In this document: one piece after another, positions 12,170-26,400 of the stretch
Layout: each line of letters starts with the position of its first letter
Position numbering within the stretch: position 1 is the first letter of the stretch
Assembly: GCA_964016885.1 (NCBI GenBank)
Contig: OZ024741.1
Coordinates: forward strand, 380,680,001-380,744,000
DNA length: 64,000 nt
Reading direction: 5' to 3'
Source of the DNA: Eledone cirrhosa
Lineage: Eukaryota
Translations under genes and position numbers: made by a program
Notes under the pieces: generated by a model
What the model saw: only the letters and a program-made list of their open reading frames with translations
The model's database searches: none
What the model was told of the DNA's origin: nothing

Positions 12170-15100
12170 CTTTGATATCTCAGTCATTGTCGTTATGTAA
12201 CTGGAAAATTTAACCTAATTAACATCAAGCCACTACTCAGATAATCAGGACATATCTGTCAATCCTTGCAGTTCCCAGTAGACATGCCTCCTGAAGTGTT
12301 TCAAGAAAGGCGGTTGGGCTGATTTAACCAGCCATGGAAACTCTTGGAGATAGTACCTAGAGCTCCTATAATGATGGTGACGACTTAGATCTCATGACAA
12401 TCCTAAATTTTTTTCAGTTCCCAATTCAGATCCTAGTACCAATCAATTTCCTCCTTTTCCTTTCTTGCACTCTTGTGTCAAAGGGGCAAGCTACATCTAT
12501 AATCAAGTAAGATCTTTTTTCCTTCTCAAAAGCCACCAGGTCAGGCCTATTGTTTTCTAACTTTTTGTCCATTTGTATCCTGAAATCCCACAGCAGCTTC
12601 ACCTGATTGTTTTCTATCACAGACTCTGGCTTATGCTTGAACCATTTCCTAGTATGAGGTGATTTGTTTAGTTTGCATAAATGCCAGTGAATCACTTTTC
12701 CTATGATACCATGTCTCCATCTTTTACGAATCTGGCTTAGGGCGTTTACACTTGGATACGATGTGAGCCACAGTTATCTCTCTCCCAACAGATCCTACAG
12801 AGCGAGTTCAGTATTTACACACAGATATGATGTAAGCCACCGTTTTTTCTTTCTCTCCACAGATCCTACAGAGCAGGCTAGCCTCCTCTTTGTCGATATG
12901 GTGCCTCATCCACTTTTTTGTAAGGGCTTTCTCCTGGGCATTCCCTCCTTAGCTTTTTTAAGATCCCCTTTCTATAACCAGTTCTATGAATGTAGATCTC
13001 TGAATTCGGTTTTCTTCAAAAAGATGCTATGAATGGCCTTTTCATTCAGGTTGTTTTTCCTCTTTGTTGTTACTTCTTTCTTGGACATCACCCTGATCTA
13101 CTATCTCCTTATTAACACAACCTTAAGCATTGGCTCATTACTCGTAGACACATATTTGTGTAAACAGTTCTTCTCCATTTGAACACAATCCTCCATGCTG
13201 GTTAGACATCTTCCACCTTCAGATCTCTTTCAGTATCAACGTCACCATTCTTATGAAACATACTGTAGGTAATCATTAATTTCCTTTTCTTTCTATCCAG
13301 TTCTTTTTGCTCATTTTGATTCCATTTAAGAATCCCTGCACTGTACTTAAAAGATAGACACAGCTCGGAATTTACTGCACTTATGGCATTTCTACTATTA
13401 AGTTGTGATTTTAGTATGGGCCTTACTCTCCTTATATATTCAGATCTTATTATTTCCTTCATTTGATTGTCCTTCGTGATATCTGCCTCCAGTACACACA
13501 AATATCTATATCCCTCTTCTGTGTCAATCTCTTTTAGCATCTCACTCATTAGTACCTCAATTCCTTTGCATTTTTACAATTTATCTCTCTTCATGCTTAT
13601 TAACACCAAATTCCATACATATATCATGGCTGAAAGTTTGCATAGTGTTAGCAAGTATATCCAAATCATTCTCATTGTTGCCAAAGAGTTTTAGGTCATC
13701 CATGAAGAGGAGGTGGTTGATGGTAAGCTCTTTTATTCCCAGTTCATATCCTGCCTTCACTCTTTGCAAATCAAGGTACAAGGATATGAGGGTAAGGACA
13801 AACAATAAAGGGAACAGACTATCATCTCCTTGCAAGATATCTCTCTTGATTTTCACTCCTCCCAAGGATTCTTCCCCTGATGTTAGCTTTACCTCCAAGG
13901 TCTTCATGCAGTCTGTTGTTTTACTGCCACCATGAAGATTTCCAGACACTCAGTTATCCAAGAATGAAGAACCATGTTGAATGTCTTCTTGTAATCTATC
14001 GATCCCATGGCATGACCAGTAAGCCTCCCCTTGCTGTTCCTTATTATAATCTTGTCAATAAGTAACTTTCTGTTCTTCCGGCAATAAGTTATTTATGTAG
14101 AGATGGTGGTAAATTTCCTCAGACGTAATCCTTGTTAGCAATATCCACATCAAGGACATATATGTGGTAGGCCTATAGTAGCTAACGTCATTTCCTTTGG
14201 CATGGTCATTAAAACCATGGTACTCTTTGTCAACCACTGAAGTTCTTCACCTGACACTAAGCAGTCATTGATCATGGCTGTCAGTATTATGTGAAGAGAC
14301 GTCATATTTTTAGTTCACTATACTTACACATCATCTGGGCCTGGCGATTTCCAGTTGGTTAATTTATTGGCCTGCTTTTTAAGGGTTTCAACCAAGATCC
14401 TCAGATCAGATTGTTGGTGTGCTTGTTCATTAACCTCCATTTAACTGTCTCAATCCATTGTGCCCCACTATTATGCTAAACATCCTGCTCCTATATCCCT
14501 CTCCAAAATGTGTTGGTCTGCTCAACCTCAGGAATAGCATCATTGGCTCTTTCTTTCCTTTCACCTTGTTCAAATAATATTTTTTGGTTGTTGTCAAACA
14601 CAAAGTTTTGTTTATACTGGCTATCTTTGCTCTCATAGCTTTTAATTTTTTCACTTTTGGCTGACACATTGCTTTAGTTCCTTTATTATAACATTTAGCC
14701 CTTGTGTTGTATTTCCTTGTCAATCTATCCTTAGTACCTATGTTTTGTAAAGACTTAAGCTTCCCTTCTTATATCTTTGATTTGACCATTTGACCACTTC
14801 TTCCATCAGGGTTCTATTCTTTTTTATCTGTTTTCCTTCATTTTAATACCAAACAATTTTTTCACCACATATGCAGCTGCTTTGAGGATGTTGTTGCATT
14901 GTTGAGGATTATTTACCTCAAAGTATGGTTCTCCCCAGTTTACCTTAACTATTCTTTCTTTTAACTGTTTTTTGTCTAAAAATCTTAGATTCATAGGTTT
15001 TCTACTATCATTATTCATTTCATCCACCACTAATTCAGAATATCAACAAAATCTTGCCCTAGCCCATCAGCGTTAATTTTCTCAATAGCCGTATCTTTAC

Positions 15101-15640
15101 TTGAGATGTTATTTATCTCAACCATTAGATCATTGTCTTCATCAGTTACTTCCTCAGATGTTACAACCACTTCACTCCCATTTTCTGCTGGCTCATTTGC
15201 CTAATTTACCCCACTTTACATTTCCAGCTTAATCTCTTTACTCAGTTCTTCCAATTCCAACTCACTTATTCATCCATTAGTTCTTATTACATGAGCCTGA
15301 CCCACTAGTTTTTGTTCACTTAATTCAAATAGCACAATATCGTTCCAGATTTTATGCATTAATTCCCCTTTCTTAGTGGGATCACTTTCAGATAACATTA
15401 CATTAGTTTTATTTAATTTCTTTCTCCAGTTGGTTCTTGCCCAATTCCTTCTTCTTCCTCCATCACCAGCAGTATTTGAATGACTGCCTGATTCCTATTG
15501 CTGGGCCAGGGCGTACTTGCTGGGTGAGATTCCTTCACATGAATTTCCAGCCTCCTTCACACCAGGTTTAATATTCAAGCACTCATAAAGAGGATTACTG
15601 AATTCTAAGTTTGCACTATTACCAGTGTTTTTAAGGTGAC
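12170..15640 (-). mobile_element. R4/Dong-like non-LTR retrotransposon (RT + restriction-like endonuclease), near full-length, heavily decayed (copy A)
   Basis: ORF pieces: RT (ILQGDDSLFPLLFVL, HLLFMDDLKLF; 13581-13949) and RLE (WDFRIQMDKKLENNRPDLV...IIDVACPFD; 12426-12695). N-terminal region is homologous to 30561-31478, and the 3' UTR matches 26821-26868. (ATT)n on the plus strand at both ends. Confidence 0.9.
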
Positions 15641-15660
15641 TATTATTATTATTATTACTT

Positions 15661-15692
15661 TGTGTAAACCCTTGTGGTTAATAAAGAAAGCA
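15661..15692 (+). mobile_element. 32-bp 3'-terminal stub of a Tx1-like LINE
   Basis: tgtgtaaacccttgtggttaataaagaaagca matches the terminus at 16622-16653. Confidence 0.8.
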
Positions 15693-16653
15693 TCAAGCGA
15701 AGACCGAGAGGGAGTGCTTAGAGACTGAAATGTCTTCAGGCGCTCACAGCCCTCGACCAATCGGGCAATGTGATTGGTGGAAACTCCACCTCGGTGTTCT
15801 ATAGAGGATTAGTGGAGGGGAAGAGCGACGCCGTTCTTGGGGTAACTCTAGGCATCGACGAAAATCAACTAGCCAATCTCTTCGTAAGAACTCTCAGACC
15901 GGGGCCTATGGACAACTTCCAGAAATCCCTGGGCTGGCAGTGCTACCGAGGAGCTTTGCCAGTTCGCGATAAACTCTACAGGCATGGAGGTGCCATCAGC
16001 AGGGCATGTCCTAGATGCGCGCAGGGCGACGAAACCGTCCTGCATGCACTTGTCCAATGTCCGAGCATTGCTGAATTGTGGGTTTATGTCAAACACCTGC
16101 TGTCGCATGTAGAATGGATCTGTCTATCAGCTGAGTCCATCGTGAGGATTGCCCCGTCCTCTTCCTTTAGCCGGGAAGGGCAGGCAGTTTTTATCTGTCT
16201 GGTGGCCATGGCGAAAAAGATAGTATGGTGGAAACGTTTGAAAGGGCTGAAGACAACCACTTACCTCTTCGGTGATGCTCTGATTAACTTTTCCAAATTT
16301 CATTTGAAAAGGAAAATCAGGGTAGAGAGGGAAGTGCTCTCTTCCCAGCATTTTATTGAAAGATGGGTGAGAGAAGCAAGAATGGCCCGAGTGAATGGGC
16401 CTACTCTGAGTAAGTGTCTGTAAATTAAAGGTGGAAAACTGGGAGAGGGCACTTGCCCTGGTGGTCAGGGTCACTGTGATCTTTTAATTGGCTTTCTCCA
16501 CAAATGTCCCTCTGAAGTTTCCCCCTATTGGGGAATTTTTTATTGTTATTATTTGTTACATCCTCTGAAATGCCCATTTGTACCGTCCTGTATTGTCCTG
16601 TACTTTCCTTAATGTCTACTTTATGCAAACCCTTGTGGTTAATAAAGAAAGCA
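15693..16653 (+). mobile_element. 5'-truncated Tx1/L1-clade LINE (ORF2 C-terminus + 3' UTR)
   Basis: ORF 15770-16423 with C-terminal zinc motif CPRC...ETVLHALVQC. AATAAA, then an (ATT)n tail. Same subfamily as 26911-29810. Confidence 0.92.
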
Positions 16654-16899
16654 TTATTATTATTATTTGAGTCTTACTTCAAATTCTGCTTCTTTCACAA
16701 ACCAGAAGTATGAGGCTAAATTTGATAATACACACATTTACAATCAATTGCCATACATATGAGTAAAAGTCTTTGCAGGGATTTTAAATTGAAAATATCC
16801 TTCCCAGGATTTGAACAGTGACAGTCAGTACTATTTTTTGTATCTCTTACAGAGATGACTTTCTAGGTATCTGGTCAAAATATTTTTACAGTACTCTTT

Positions 16900-17103
16900 T
16901 GGCAGTAACGGTAGAGCATCAGACAATATGCTTTATGGCATAGGGTTACCCCCCTTTACAATCTGAGTTCAAATCCTGCTGAGGTTAGCTTTGCCTTTCA
17001 TCCTTACAGGGTCGATAAAATAAAGCACCAGTAATGCACTGGTGTTGATTTAATCGACTATCCCCTTCTCCCAAATTGCTGGCCTTTTTCCTAAAGTAAA
17101 AAC
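16900..17103 (+). mobile_element. ATT-SINE (long subtype)
   Basis: SINE consensus followed by an (ATT)n/(CTT)n tail at 17104-17180. Confidence 0.85.
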
Positions 17104-17138
17104 AATTATTATTATTCTCATTATTCTTCTTCTTCTTC

Positions 17139-17180
<42 letters not shown>

Positions 17181-17368
17181 GGGTGGTAGTTTGGTAGAAT
17201 CGGTAGGGCGTTAGATACCATGCTTTGCAGCATAGGAGTTTAGGCACTTTATATTTTGTGTTCAAATCCCGCCAGGTTAACTTTGTCTTTCATCCTTACG
17301 GGGTCAATAAAATAAAGTACCAGTAATGCACTGGAGTAATTGCTGGACTTGTGCCAAAAGTAGAAACA
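17181..17368 (+). mobile_element. ATT-SINE (short subtype), inserted in the tail of the previous SINE
   Basis: Full SINE consensus ending ttgtgccaaaagtagaaaca. Confidence 0.88.
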
Positions 17369-17395
17369 TAATAATAATAATAATAATAATAATAA

Positions 17396-17510
17396 TTGTT
17401 TCTACTTTAGGCACAAGGCCAGCAAATACCCAGTACATTACTGGTACTTTATTTTATCGACCCTGTAAGGATGAAAGGCAAAGTTAACCTCGACGGGATT
17501 TGAACTCAGA
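17396..17510 (-). mobile_element. ATT-SINE 3' half, inverted
   Basis: Reverse complement of the SINE 3' half, with (AAT)n on the plus strand on both sides. Confidence 0.88.
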
Positions 17511-17827
17511 TTGTAATAATAATAATGATAATAATAATAATAATAATGATTTCATTTATTGGCCACAAGGACCGACATATAGGGGACAATACAAAAGACT
17601 GGGACAGTGGGGTTTTACAGAAAAATCGAGTAAACAATATGAATAACAATAACAAAGTAACAATAACAAAGTAACAATAAAGTAACAATAAAATTACAAC
17701 AAGAGAAAATTCCCCAATAGGGGGGATGACCACCTAGGGTTCGCTCAGGTACCCCACCAGTCCTGAACGACCCGACGCTTCGAGAGCACCCTGGAAGGGC
17801 ACCCCTCTCCTCCTCAAATTTACCTAC

Positions 17828-20800
17828 CTACAGCCACATGACCAGAGTAGGCCCACTCACACGGGCCATTCTCGCCACATTCACCCACCTTTCAGTAAGG
17901 GGGGGGCAGTACTTCTCTCTCCACCCTCACCTTCCTTTCCAAGTGAAACTTGAAAAAGTTGATAAGGGATTGGCCGAAGGGAAAAGTGTATGTCTTCAGT
18001 CCTTTCAACCTCGTCCACCATACAACCTCTTTCGCTACTGCCACCAGACAGAGGAAAATTGACTGCCCTTCCTGGCCAAAAGAAGGCGGCGGGTCGATTT
18101 TCACTATGGACTCGGCCAATAGCCAGATCCGTTCTACACGCGACAACGGCTGTTCAACATAACTCCACAAATCAGTAATGCACGGACACTGGACGAGTGC
18201 GTGCAGAACAGTTTCGTCGCTCTGCGCGCATCTCGGGCCAGTCCGTCTGACAGCACTTCCGTGCCTGTAGAGTTTATCCCGAACCGGCAGTGCCCCCCGG
18301 TAGCACTGCCAAGCGAGGGATTTTTGGAAATTATCCATCGTCCCCGGTTCGAAAGTCCTCCGGTACAGACTGGTTAGTTCGACTTCGTTGACTACCAGAG
18401 CCTCTCTGAGTGCGTCGTCGCACTTGCCCACCACTAATCCTCTATAGAACTCGAGAGTGGAAGTTCCACTGACCGTATTTCCCGCCTGGTAGAGAGCAGT
18501 GAGTGCCTGGCAACATTCCAGATGCCAGTCACCCAGTCTCGGTCTCTTCTTGACCCAGGACTGCAGCTCAGTCAAAGAAACGAGCTGCGGAAAGGCCCGT
18601 CTGACAAATAGCGACCACACCTGTTCACCGTTTAGGCAGAATATCTGGAGATGCCTCAGCGCGTGCCGGCGCATCATTAGCCACGGCATGCCCAGCCCTC
18701 CACATAGAGGGTGCTGTCAACAGATGGACTGCCTCACCAGCGGAACCTGACCCCTCCACAAGAATTTAAAGACGAGCCGCTCCAAGATGGCGAGGCGCGA
18801 ACGGGGGCACGGGACGACGGTCAGACGGTAGTAGATGTACGCGTTCGCCACCTTCACCCGACCTTTCAGTGATAGCTTCATCCCAGTCCATTTCTGGGTG
18901 AGACTGGCTACTCTGCCCGTCACCTCGTCCCAATTCTTATCCATCTGGAGGTCTGGCCTGAACCAAACCCCTAGCAACTTTACCGGTCCATCCGTCCAGC
19001 GCCTAACGATGCTGTTGGACGGTATGGACTTTTCCGGGTTAAGTTTTGCTCCCGTCAACCTTTCATATTCCTCCAATAAGTTGCCGACCACCTCGATTTC
19101 TGAGGTGTCCGACACCATCACGGTGATGTCGTCCGCATAAGCCGACACAGCCTTTCCGCGTCCTGGTTCGAGCAGGATGCCCTGCAACAGATCCAGCTCC
19201 CACAGTAGAGGGCTCGAGAGTCAATATGTACAGAAGGGAGGAGAGAGGGCACCCTTGACGGACAGATCGGGAGACCTGAAACAGTTCCGAGAGGTAGCCA
19301 TTAATTTTGACCATCGAGCAGGTGCCGCTGTGCATTGCAGCGATCCAGCTTCTGAAGAAGGGGCCGAAGCCAGCCTCCTTGAGTACAGCCTCCAGGTGCC
19401 GATTGTCGACCCTATCGAATGCTTTCGATTGATCTAAATTGATCAGAGCCCCACCGCATTAAGTGGAGGTTGTCGTGTATGGACCTGGTTGAGATTGCGC
19501 AAGTTTGCGCCTCCCCAACCAAATCCCCGACGACAAGCGCCAACCTCTTCCCTAACACCCTGGCCAAAATCTTAAACTCTGTGTTGAGCAGAGTTATGTG
19601 CTTGAAATTGTCTAATGTGTCCCTCTTGCTGTCGTCTTTCCTTATCAGCGTCACTACGCCCCGGCTCACAGAACTAGGAATACTCCCGTTTTGCTGCCAG
19701 TTGCAATAGAGGGCTTCGAGGAGATTGGAGAACAAGTCTGGCATATTTACATAAAGCTCGTAGGGCAGACCATCCAAACCGGGTGACTTGCGCCTCATGC
19801 AGCCGACAAGGGCATCCTGAATCTCGGCTGAAGTAATTGGCCTTTCGCAGCGCCCAGCGACAGCCGTCGAGAGTTGCGGCAAGCCATCGAGGTAGGGACT
19901 GAAGTCCGCCACCATCTCTGACCCGCCACTTCCCCTGAACAACCGGGCAAAATGTTGGCGAAAGGCCTCACACATCCTCTTGGAATCGCTCATCTCGTGC
20001 CTGTCTCGGTCCGTCAAAGACCGAATCGTGGTTTTAATACCACGCTGCGCCTCTGCCACGCGGGCCCATCGGACAGCTTTGGTTCCCTCGTTTCTCAGAG
20101 CACGCGCCTTAGCTCTGACAATGCAACCTTCGTCTTTCGCATTGAAGAAATGGTCTAAGGCCATTCTCGCCGCTAGCACGTCAGTTGCAATGCCACTACC
20201 AATAGCCTCGTCTAACTTATCTACCAACTCTCCCTCCTTTCTATTTTTCTCTAACGCAACTTCTTTGCTAAACTCTATCGACATTACTCTAATCTCTCTT
20301 TTGAGAACCCCCCACCATCTATTGTTGACGACTCCCCTGTCAACTTTTTCTTAACTAAATTATTGACCTGGTCCCTGTAAGCATTACGTGCCGGAAATGA
20401 CATGTTTAGCTTCCAGTAACCAGGTCCTAACCTACGCGTCTTATCTAGGTCGACCATACAGATCACAAACTTGTGATCTGAATAGGCGACCGTTTCAAAA
20501 CGTGGACAGCTTACACTATTTCTGTCTATTTTCCTAATGAATATCTTGTCTATATACGATCTAGATGGCCCTATGCGGTTAGCCCAGGTTCACACTCGCA
20601 CATTAGGGAAATCTAATCGGTACCTGTCAGACAGTTGGAACTGGCTGATCAGGTTCTTGAGGCTTTTGCACCCCCCGCTCCTATCGGATACTCCCACACA
20701 GTCCCAGCGTGCGTCTAAGATGCCGTTGCAGTCCCCCGCTAACAGTAAAAGCCGAGACGTACACAGAAAGGCTTCCAAGCGTCTAAAGAAGTCCAGCCGT

Positions 20801-21152
20801 CCTGCCCCAGTAGGAGCATAGACGGCCACCAGTCTAAAGGCACCACTTTCGTTATTGTTCACGTCCCGGACCACCAACTTCCCGTCCGGGTCCCGGAAGA
20901 TCGACCTTACCTCGAGATCCAGCCTTTCCTAAACAGCACTGCAGCCCCGCTTCCCATTCCCGGCCGGCTAACAGATGCAAATATCTGATAGTCGTCGAAA
21001 ATGGGGGCTAGTGCGCGCGTGTAGGAAATCCTGGTCTCGCTGACGGCAATTACATCCATTTCTATAGACCTGAGGTCGTTGAGCAGGTGACCCTGCTTCC
21101 AGGACGATCCCAGGCCTCGAACATTTAAACATCCTACTCTTAATACGGCCAT
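17828..21152 (-). pseudogene. Tx1-like ORF2 (APE endonuclease + reverse transcriptase + C-terminal zinc motif), disrupted
   Basis: MAVLRVGCLNVRGL...AVSET; AVYAP; AGDCN; PGYWKLN; KSPGLDGLPYELY; RQGCPLS; AYADD; RC...HALVQC. Spread over several frames. Confidence 0.92.
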
Positions 21153-21187
21153 GTTGGCAGGTTAAAAAGAGAGAGAGGAAGGTTTAC

Positions 21188-23050
21188 TTACCTTCCGGGC
21201 TCTTGTGAAGGTCGGGTTGTTCGACCTCCATAGTTGGTGGGATTTCTTTTGGGAACCCTTTTAAAAGTATTGAAGTGGGTTTTACGTTCGGGTTCCCACG
21301 TCCCGAGGAAAGATGTCTTGTATTTCTTTGAATAAATCGTGCGACATTCGCACCAGAACCAAATCTTCCGGCAGGCGAAATGTGCTCGATTTAAAGATTT
21401 CCCTCTCTTTTTGTATATTTTCACTTCGTGCTACGAGGGCCATCAGTTCCTTGTTGGCCCTCCTGACGAGCACGAAGTTTTGTATGTTTTATTGGTGTGA
21501 TTTTATTTGTTTGCGTGGCTGTGGTGGTGATGGTTTTGGTGGTGTTGTTTCGGTTGTATCTGTGTTTGTTGTGAGTGCGGTGTCTGTGGTTTCAGATGTT
21601 TGTGTGTATATTTGTTCTTGCGTCTGTTTAGGTTGTTTGCGTTTGGGGGATTCTGGTGATGGTGATGGTGGTGTTGATGTTGCTGTTATTGCAGAGATGT
21701 TTGCATGGGTGGTGTCTGCGTTTTTTTTTATTGTGGGTGATTCTGTGCTTTGTTGAGTTTTTTTTTTCTTTTTGTGTTTCCTCTTTTGTATTTTGGGGAT
21801 TTTGGTTTTCCCTCATCTTCACTACTGGTCGATGAAGGGTCTGTGTATGTAAGTGTGTCTGTACGTATGTTTATGGTTTTATTGGTGTGTGTATTTTGGG
21901 GGGGAGGGGGAATTTGACAGCTTCCCTCATTTCCCCCCTGGATGGTCAATGTTGGTGGTGGTCTTTCTATTGGTGTTGTTGTTGGTGGTTTTGCCGGTGC
22001 TGGTGTTGGTTGTGGTCCTCGCCCCGGCGTCGGCAGTAGTGGAGCCTTTCGACCCCTTGCCTCTTTCAGCAGTTGAGGGAAGAAGGCTCGCAAATTGGTT
22101 TTTTCCCCACAAACAAAACACTGCAGCCTTTTGCCTTCGGTCATAATGTGAATGACCGTCCCATTCTGAAGGCGGATGTGGTTCGGGATTGTCTTCACAT
22201 TCTCGGACCTGATCTGGAGAAGGATCTCCAGGTCAACCCCGGACCAGTCCTCTCTGGCCGTTCTGGTCACTTCTATAGGGACGGTATCCGTCCCCTCCAC
22301 AATCACACATCCCAGAAGCCACCACATGTCAAGTTCTGGTGGGATTCTGGGAATGCGGAGACGGGCCGTTCTTTTTCCTATGACCTTGCTGGTTTTGCAA
22401 GGAGTCATAGCGTGTTTCATAGCGAGGGCTTCTGACTTGAACAACACCGAAATGGTGCTGTACGGTCTGCCCCTCTCTATGTATTCGGTGTCTTCTCTGA
22501 TGCACCTCAGCGCGACTTCGACATCTTCTTGTGGGATTAAAGCTGCTCTTTCGGTTTGTGCTGAGATGCATCTATAATGCACTGTTCTGCGCTCCACTGC
22601 CTCCATAGCTTCTGCCCGGGACAGTTAAGTTGGCCCAGGTTTGCTCTTGCTTGATGAGCTTCCATGCCTGGGCCAACTTTTCATCTTTGTTTGAGAGGTC
22701 CATGTTGAAGCATGGCCTCTTTTTTGCTGCTGCCGCAGCGAAAGTGTTCTTCTTGTTTTCGTTGGGGGTGTTGTTGTCGTTGTCGTTGTTCTTGTTGATG
22801 TTGTTGTTAGCACTGTCGCTGTTATCATTGTTGTCTTTGTTGCTTACGTTGTTATCGGTGCAGTTGGTATTGTTGGTGTTGGTGTTGTCGCTATTTGTTT
22901 TCATGTTAGTGGTGTTTATATTGTTGTTGCATTTGTTATTTTTTTTTTTGTTATCTGTAATTTCGTTGTCGCTGTTACTGTGATTTTTTTCAAAATTAGA
23001 GTTCTCATTGGTATCATTGGTGTTTTTGTTTACATTGTTTGTGGTGGTGT
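21188..23050 (-). pseudogene. Tx1-like ORF1 (Asn-rich N-terminus, degenerate zinc knuckle, Pro/Thr-rich tail), disrupted
   Basis: ORFs 22572-22904, 21728-22606 (CFVCGEKTNLRAFF) and 21282-21473 are homologous to ORF1 at 37237-38835. Confidence 0.8.
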
Positions 23051-23454
23051 TTGTGTTAATTTTGTTGTAGTGCTCCTCTCAACTTCTACATCGTTGTCGC
23101 ACGACAGCCGACATATCGCTGGGGGGCGTGGCTCAGCAATGTTTTTTTTTTCTCCGTAAATTTTTTAACATGTAAAACAGTTCAAATATTTGGGCCAAAA
23201 GGCCCAAATATTATACTTTGCCTTTAACAGGGCAAAGTCTAAGGCCTTATATCCCTTACACAACAAGAAATATTTAACAACAAATAATTTTAACAGGCAA
23301 ATAAAGCGACTTACTGGGAGCGAGCAAAATACGTCCGCTTAGAATAATAATAATAATAATAATAATAAACGTAAAGAAAAGAAAAAAGAAAAGAAAAACA
23401 AACAAACAAACAAAAAACTAAGTCAGACATTCAAACATTACATTACAATGAAAC

Positions 23455-26400
23455 TTATGCTCATTTTTTAGGTTTTTACCTATTTGTTTGTTTGTTTATT
23501 TATGTTCGTCTACAGCGTGATAGTACCACGTTAAATCACTGGGGGTGATGAAATCACCGGTGGTTATGTAAACACACATTCACCAATCCTCGATATTAGT
23601 GTTTAAATGTCGAACCTAATCGAATAACGGTGAAGTGGAGACTGGAATGTCATGTGACAGACTCTCACCCAGCAGGTGCTCCCTGGCCCAGTGGCAGGGA
23701 CCTGGCTGTCATCCAAATACTGCTGGTGTTGGAGGAAGAAGAAGAAGGAAAGGGACCAGAACCAACTGGACGAAAGAATTGAATAGAACTGTTATGCAGT
23801 GTTACCTGAAGAGTAACCCAAGGAAAATGGCTATAGGAAACGGATGCATAACATCTGGAACGAGATGCGTCTATTTAAATTAGATGAACAAAAATTAGCC
23901 GGGCAGGCTCGGGTAATAAGAACTAATGGGTGGATAAGCGAGCTGGAACTGGAGGAACTCAACAGAGAGATTAGATTGGAAATGGAAAGTGGAGTATGCC
24001 AGGCAAACGAGCCAGTCGGAGATGAAGGTGAAGACGTTCAGGGAACGAAGGAACCATCCGAAGCAGACAATGATCTGAATCCTGAAATAAATGATACCTG
24101 GCACAAAGATACGGCCACTGAGGAAATAAATACTGACGGGCTAGGACACGATTTGGTTGATATCCTCAACTTAGTGGTAGATGAAATGAACAATGAAAGT
24201 GGGAAACTATGAACCTAAGATTTGTAGACAGGAAAAAGTTAAAAGAAACAACAGCTAAGGTAAACAAAGTCATCCCATACCTTGAGGCGAGGAACCTTCA
24301 CCAGTGCAACAATATCCTCAAAGCAACAGCAAATGCGGTGAGGAAATTACTTGGCATGAAAGCGAGAGGAAACAACAAACAAGAAAGATCAGAACCTTGG
24401 TGGAAGAAACGACTGAATGGTCAAATCAGGGAAATGAGAAATGGCATTGGAAAGCTTGAGTCCCTACTGAATGGGACACTACAAAACATAGACACTAAAA
24501 ATACACTGGAAATAAAGTACTGGTGTTGAACATAATGATCAGGCAGTGTAGATTGAGACAGTACAAAAGGAGATTAGTTAACAGGCACACCAACAAACTG
24601 ATTTGAGTATCACAGTTGAAACTCTTAAGGGGCAGCCCAGAAAATTAACCAACTGGAAATCACCAGGCCCAGATGGTGTGCAGGGGTATTGGATTAAAAA
24701 TACAACATCCCTCCACCTGAAACTGACAACCATGTTCCATGACTGTTTGATATCAGGTGAGGTACCAGAGTGGTTGACAAAAGGTACCACAGTTCTGGTA
24801 ATGAAAGACCGAACCAAGGGTAATGATGTTACCAACTATAGACCTATCAGATGTCTGTCTGTAATGTGGAAACTGTTAACAAGCCTTGTGTCTGAGGAAA
24901 TCTACCATCACCTCCACATAAACAACTTGTTACCGGACGAACAGAAAGGATGCTGAAAGAAGTATCGTGGTACAAAGGACCAGTTACTATTGATAAGATG
25001 GTAATGAAGAATTGCAGGAGGAGACACACTGGTCTTGCCATGGGATGGATAGACTACAAAAAGGCATTCGACATGGTACCTCATTCTTGGATAACCAAAA
25101 GCCTAGAGATCTTCGAGGTGGCAGATAACATCAGACAGTTGTTGAGCAAAAGTATGAAGTCCTGGAAAACAGAGTTAACATCGGGCGGAGAATCCTTAGG
25201 AGGCGTGAGGATCAAGAGAGGTATCTTCCAGGGAGATAGTCTGTCCCCTCTGTTGTTTGTCCTTGCCCTGATCCCCCTGATTATTATACTGCGAAAAGTG
25301 AGAGCAGGATACAAGTTGGAAAAGCGAGAGCTTACCATAAATCACCTCCTCTTCATGGACGATCTTAAGCTCTTCGGGAGGAGTGAGAGGGGGTTGGATG
25401 TGCTTATTGACACTATCCGTATTATCAGCAATGATATATGTAAGCAATTTGGTATTAGTAAGTGTGGAGTCCTTGTGACGAAGAGGGGTAAATTGAGCAG
25501 AACCAACGGAATCCAGGTACCAACAGGTGAGATGATAAAGGAAATTGATGCTGAAGTGGTATACAAATAGTTAGGTGTTCTGGAGGCTGATGACATCAAG
25601 AACAAAAAAATGAAGGAATTGATAAGATCTGAATACATTTGGAGAGTAAGGAGCGTACTAAAGTCACATCTGAACAGTAGGAATGCCATAAGTGCAGTAA
25701 ATTCCCGAACTGTGTCTATTATCAGGTACAGTGCAGGAATTCTGAGATGGAAAGTTGCTGAACAAAAAGAAATGGATAGGACGACTAGGAAGCTATTGAC
25801 TATCTACAACATGTTCCACAAAAGGAGTGATGTCGATAGACTCTACTTAAGGAGATCTGAAGGTGGAAGAGGTCTTATCAACATAGAGGACTGTGTTCAG
25901 GGGGAGAAAAGCAACCTACACAAATACGTGACTGATAGTGGGGAGCCAATTCTCAGAATTGTACTGAAGGAGAGGACAATAGACCATGGATGTCCAAGGA
26001 GGAAATAACAACAAGGAGAAAGAGCACCTTAATGAAAAATCCCTTCATAGTGCCTTCTTTGAGAAAACTGAATATAGAGATCCACAGACATGGAACTGGT
26101 TGAAAAGAGGAGACCTTAAAAAGGCTACAGAAGGAATGCTAATGGCTGCGCAAGAGCAGGCCCTCAAAACGAAGTGGCTGAAACACCATATTTACAAGGA
26201 GGAGGCTAGCCCACTGTGTAGGATCTGTGGAGAGAGAAAGAGGAGACTGTGGCTCACATTGTATCCGCGTGTAAACACCTAGCCCAGACTCACTATAAAC
26301 GCTGGAGACATGATATGATAGGCAGGGTGACCCACTGGCACCTATGCAAAGTAAACAATTTACCACATTCTGAGAAGTGGTATGAGCATAAGCCAGAGTC

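Larger units (their letters stand above)
17548..23342 (-). mobile_element. Full-length Tx1/L1-clade LINE, frameshifted (copy B)
   Basis: 5' UTR, ORF1, ORF2 and 3' UTR with AATAAA. (ATT)n on the sense strand at both ends. Confidence 0.93.

Noticed and set aside
23569-23635. HDV-like ribozyme topology at the 5' end of Dong copy C (taaacac/gtgttta, ttcacc/ggtgaa, tcctcg)
   Set aside because: No G at the cleavage site, no GG for P1.1 and no clear catalytic C. The pairings are broken in copies E and A, where conservation looks protein-like (F.NP.Y.CLN..P).
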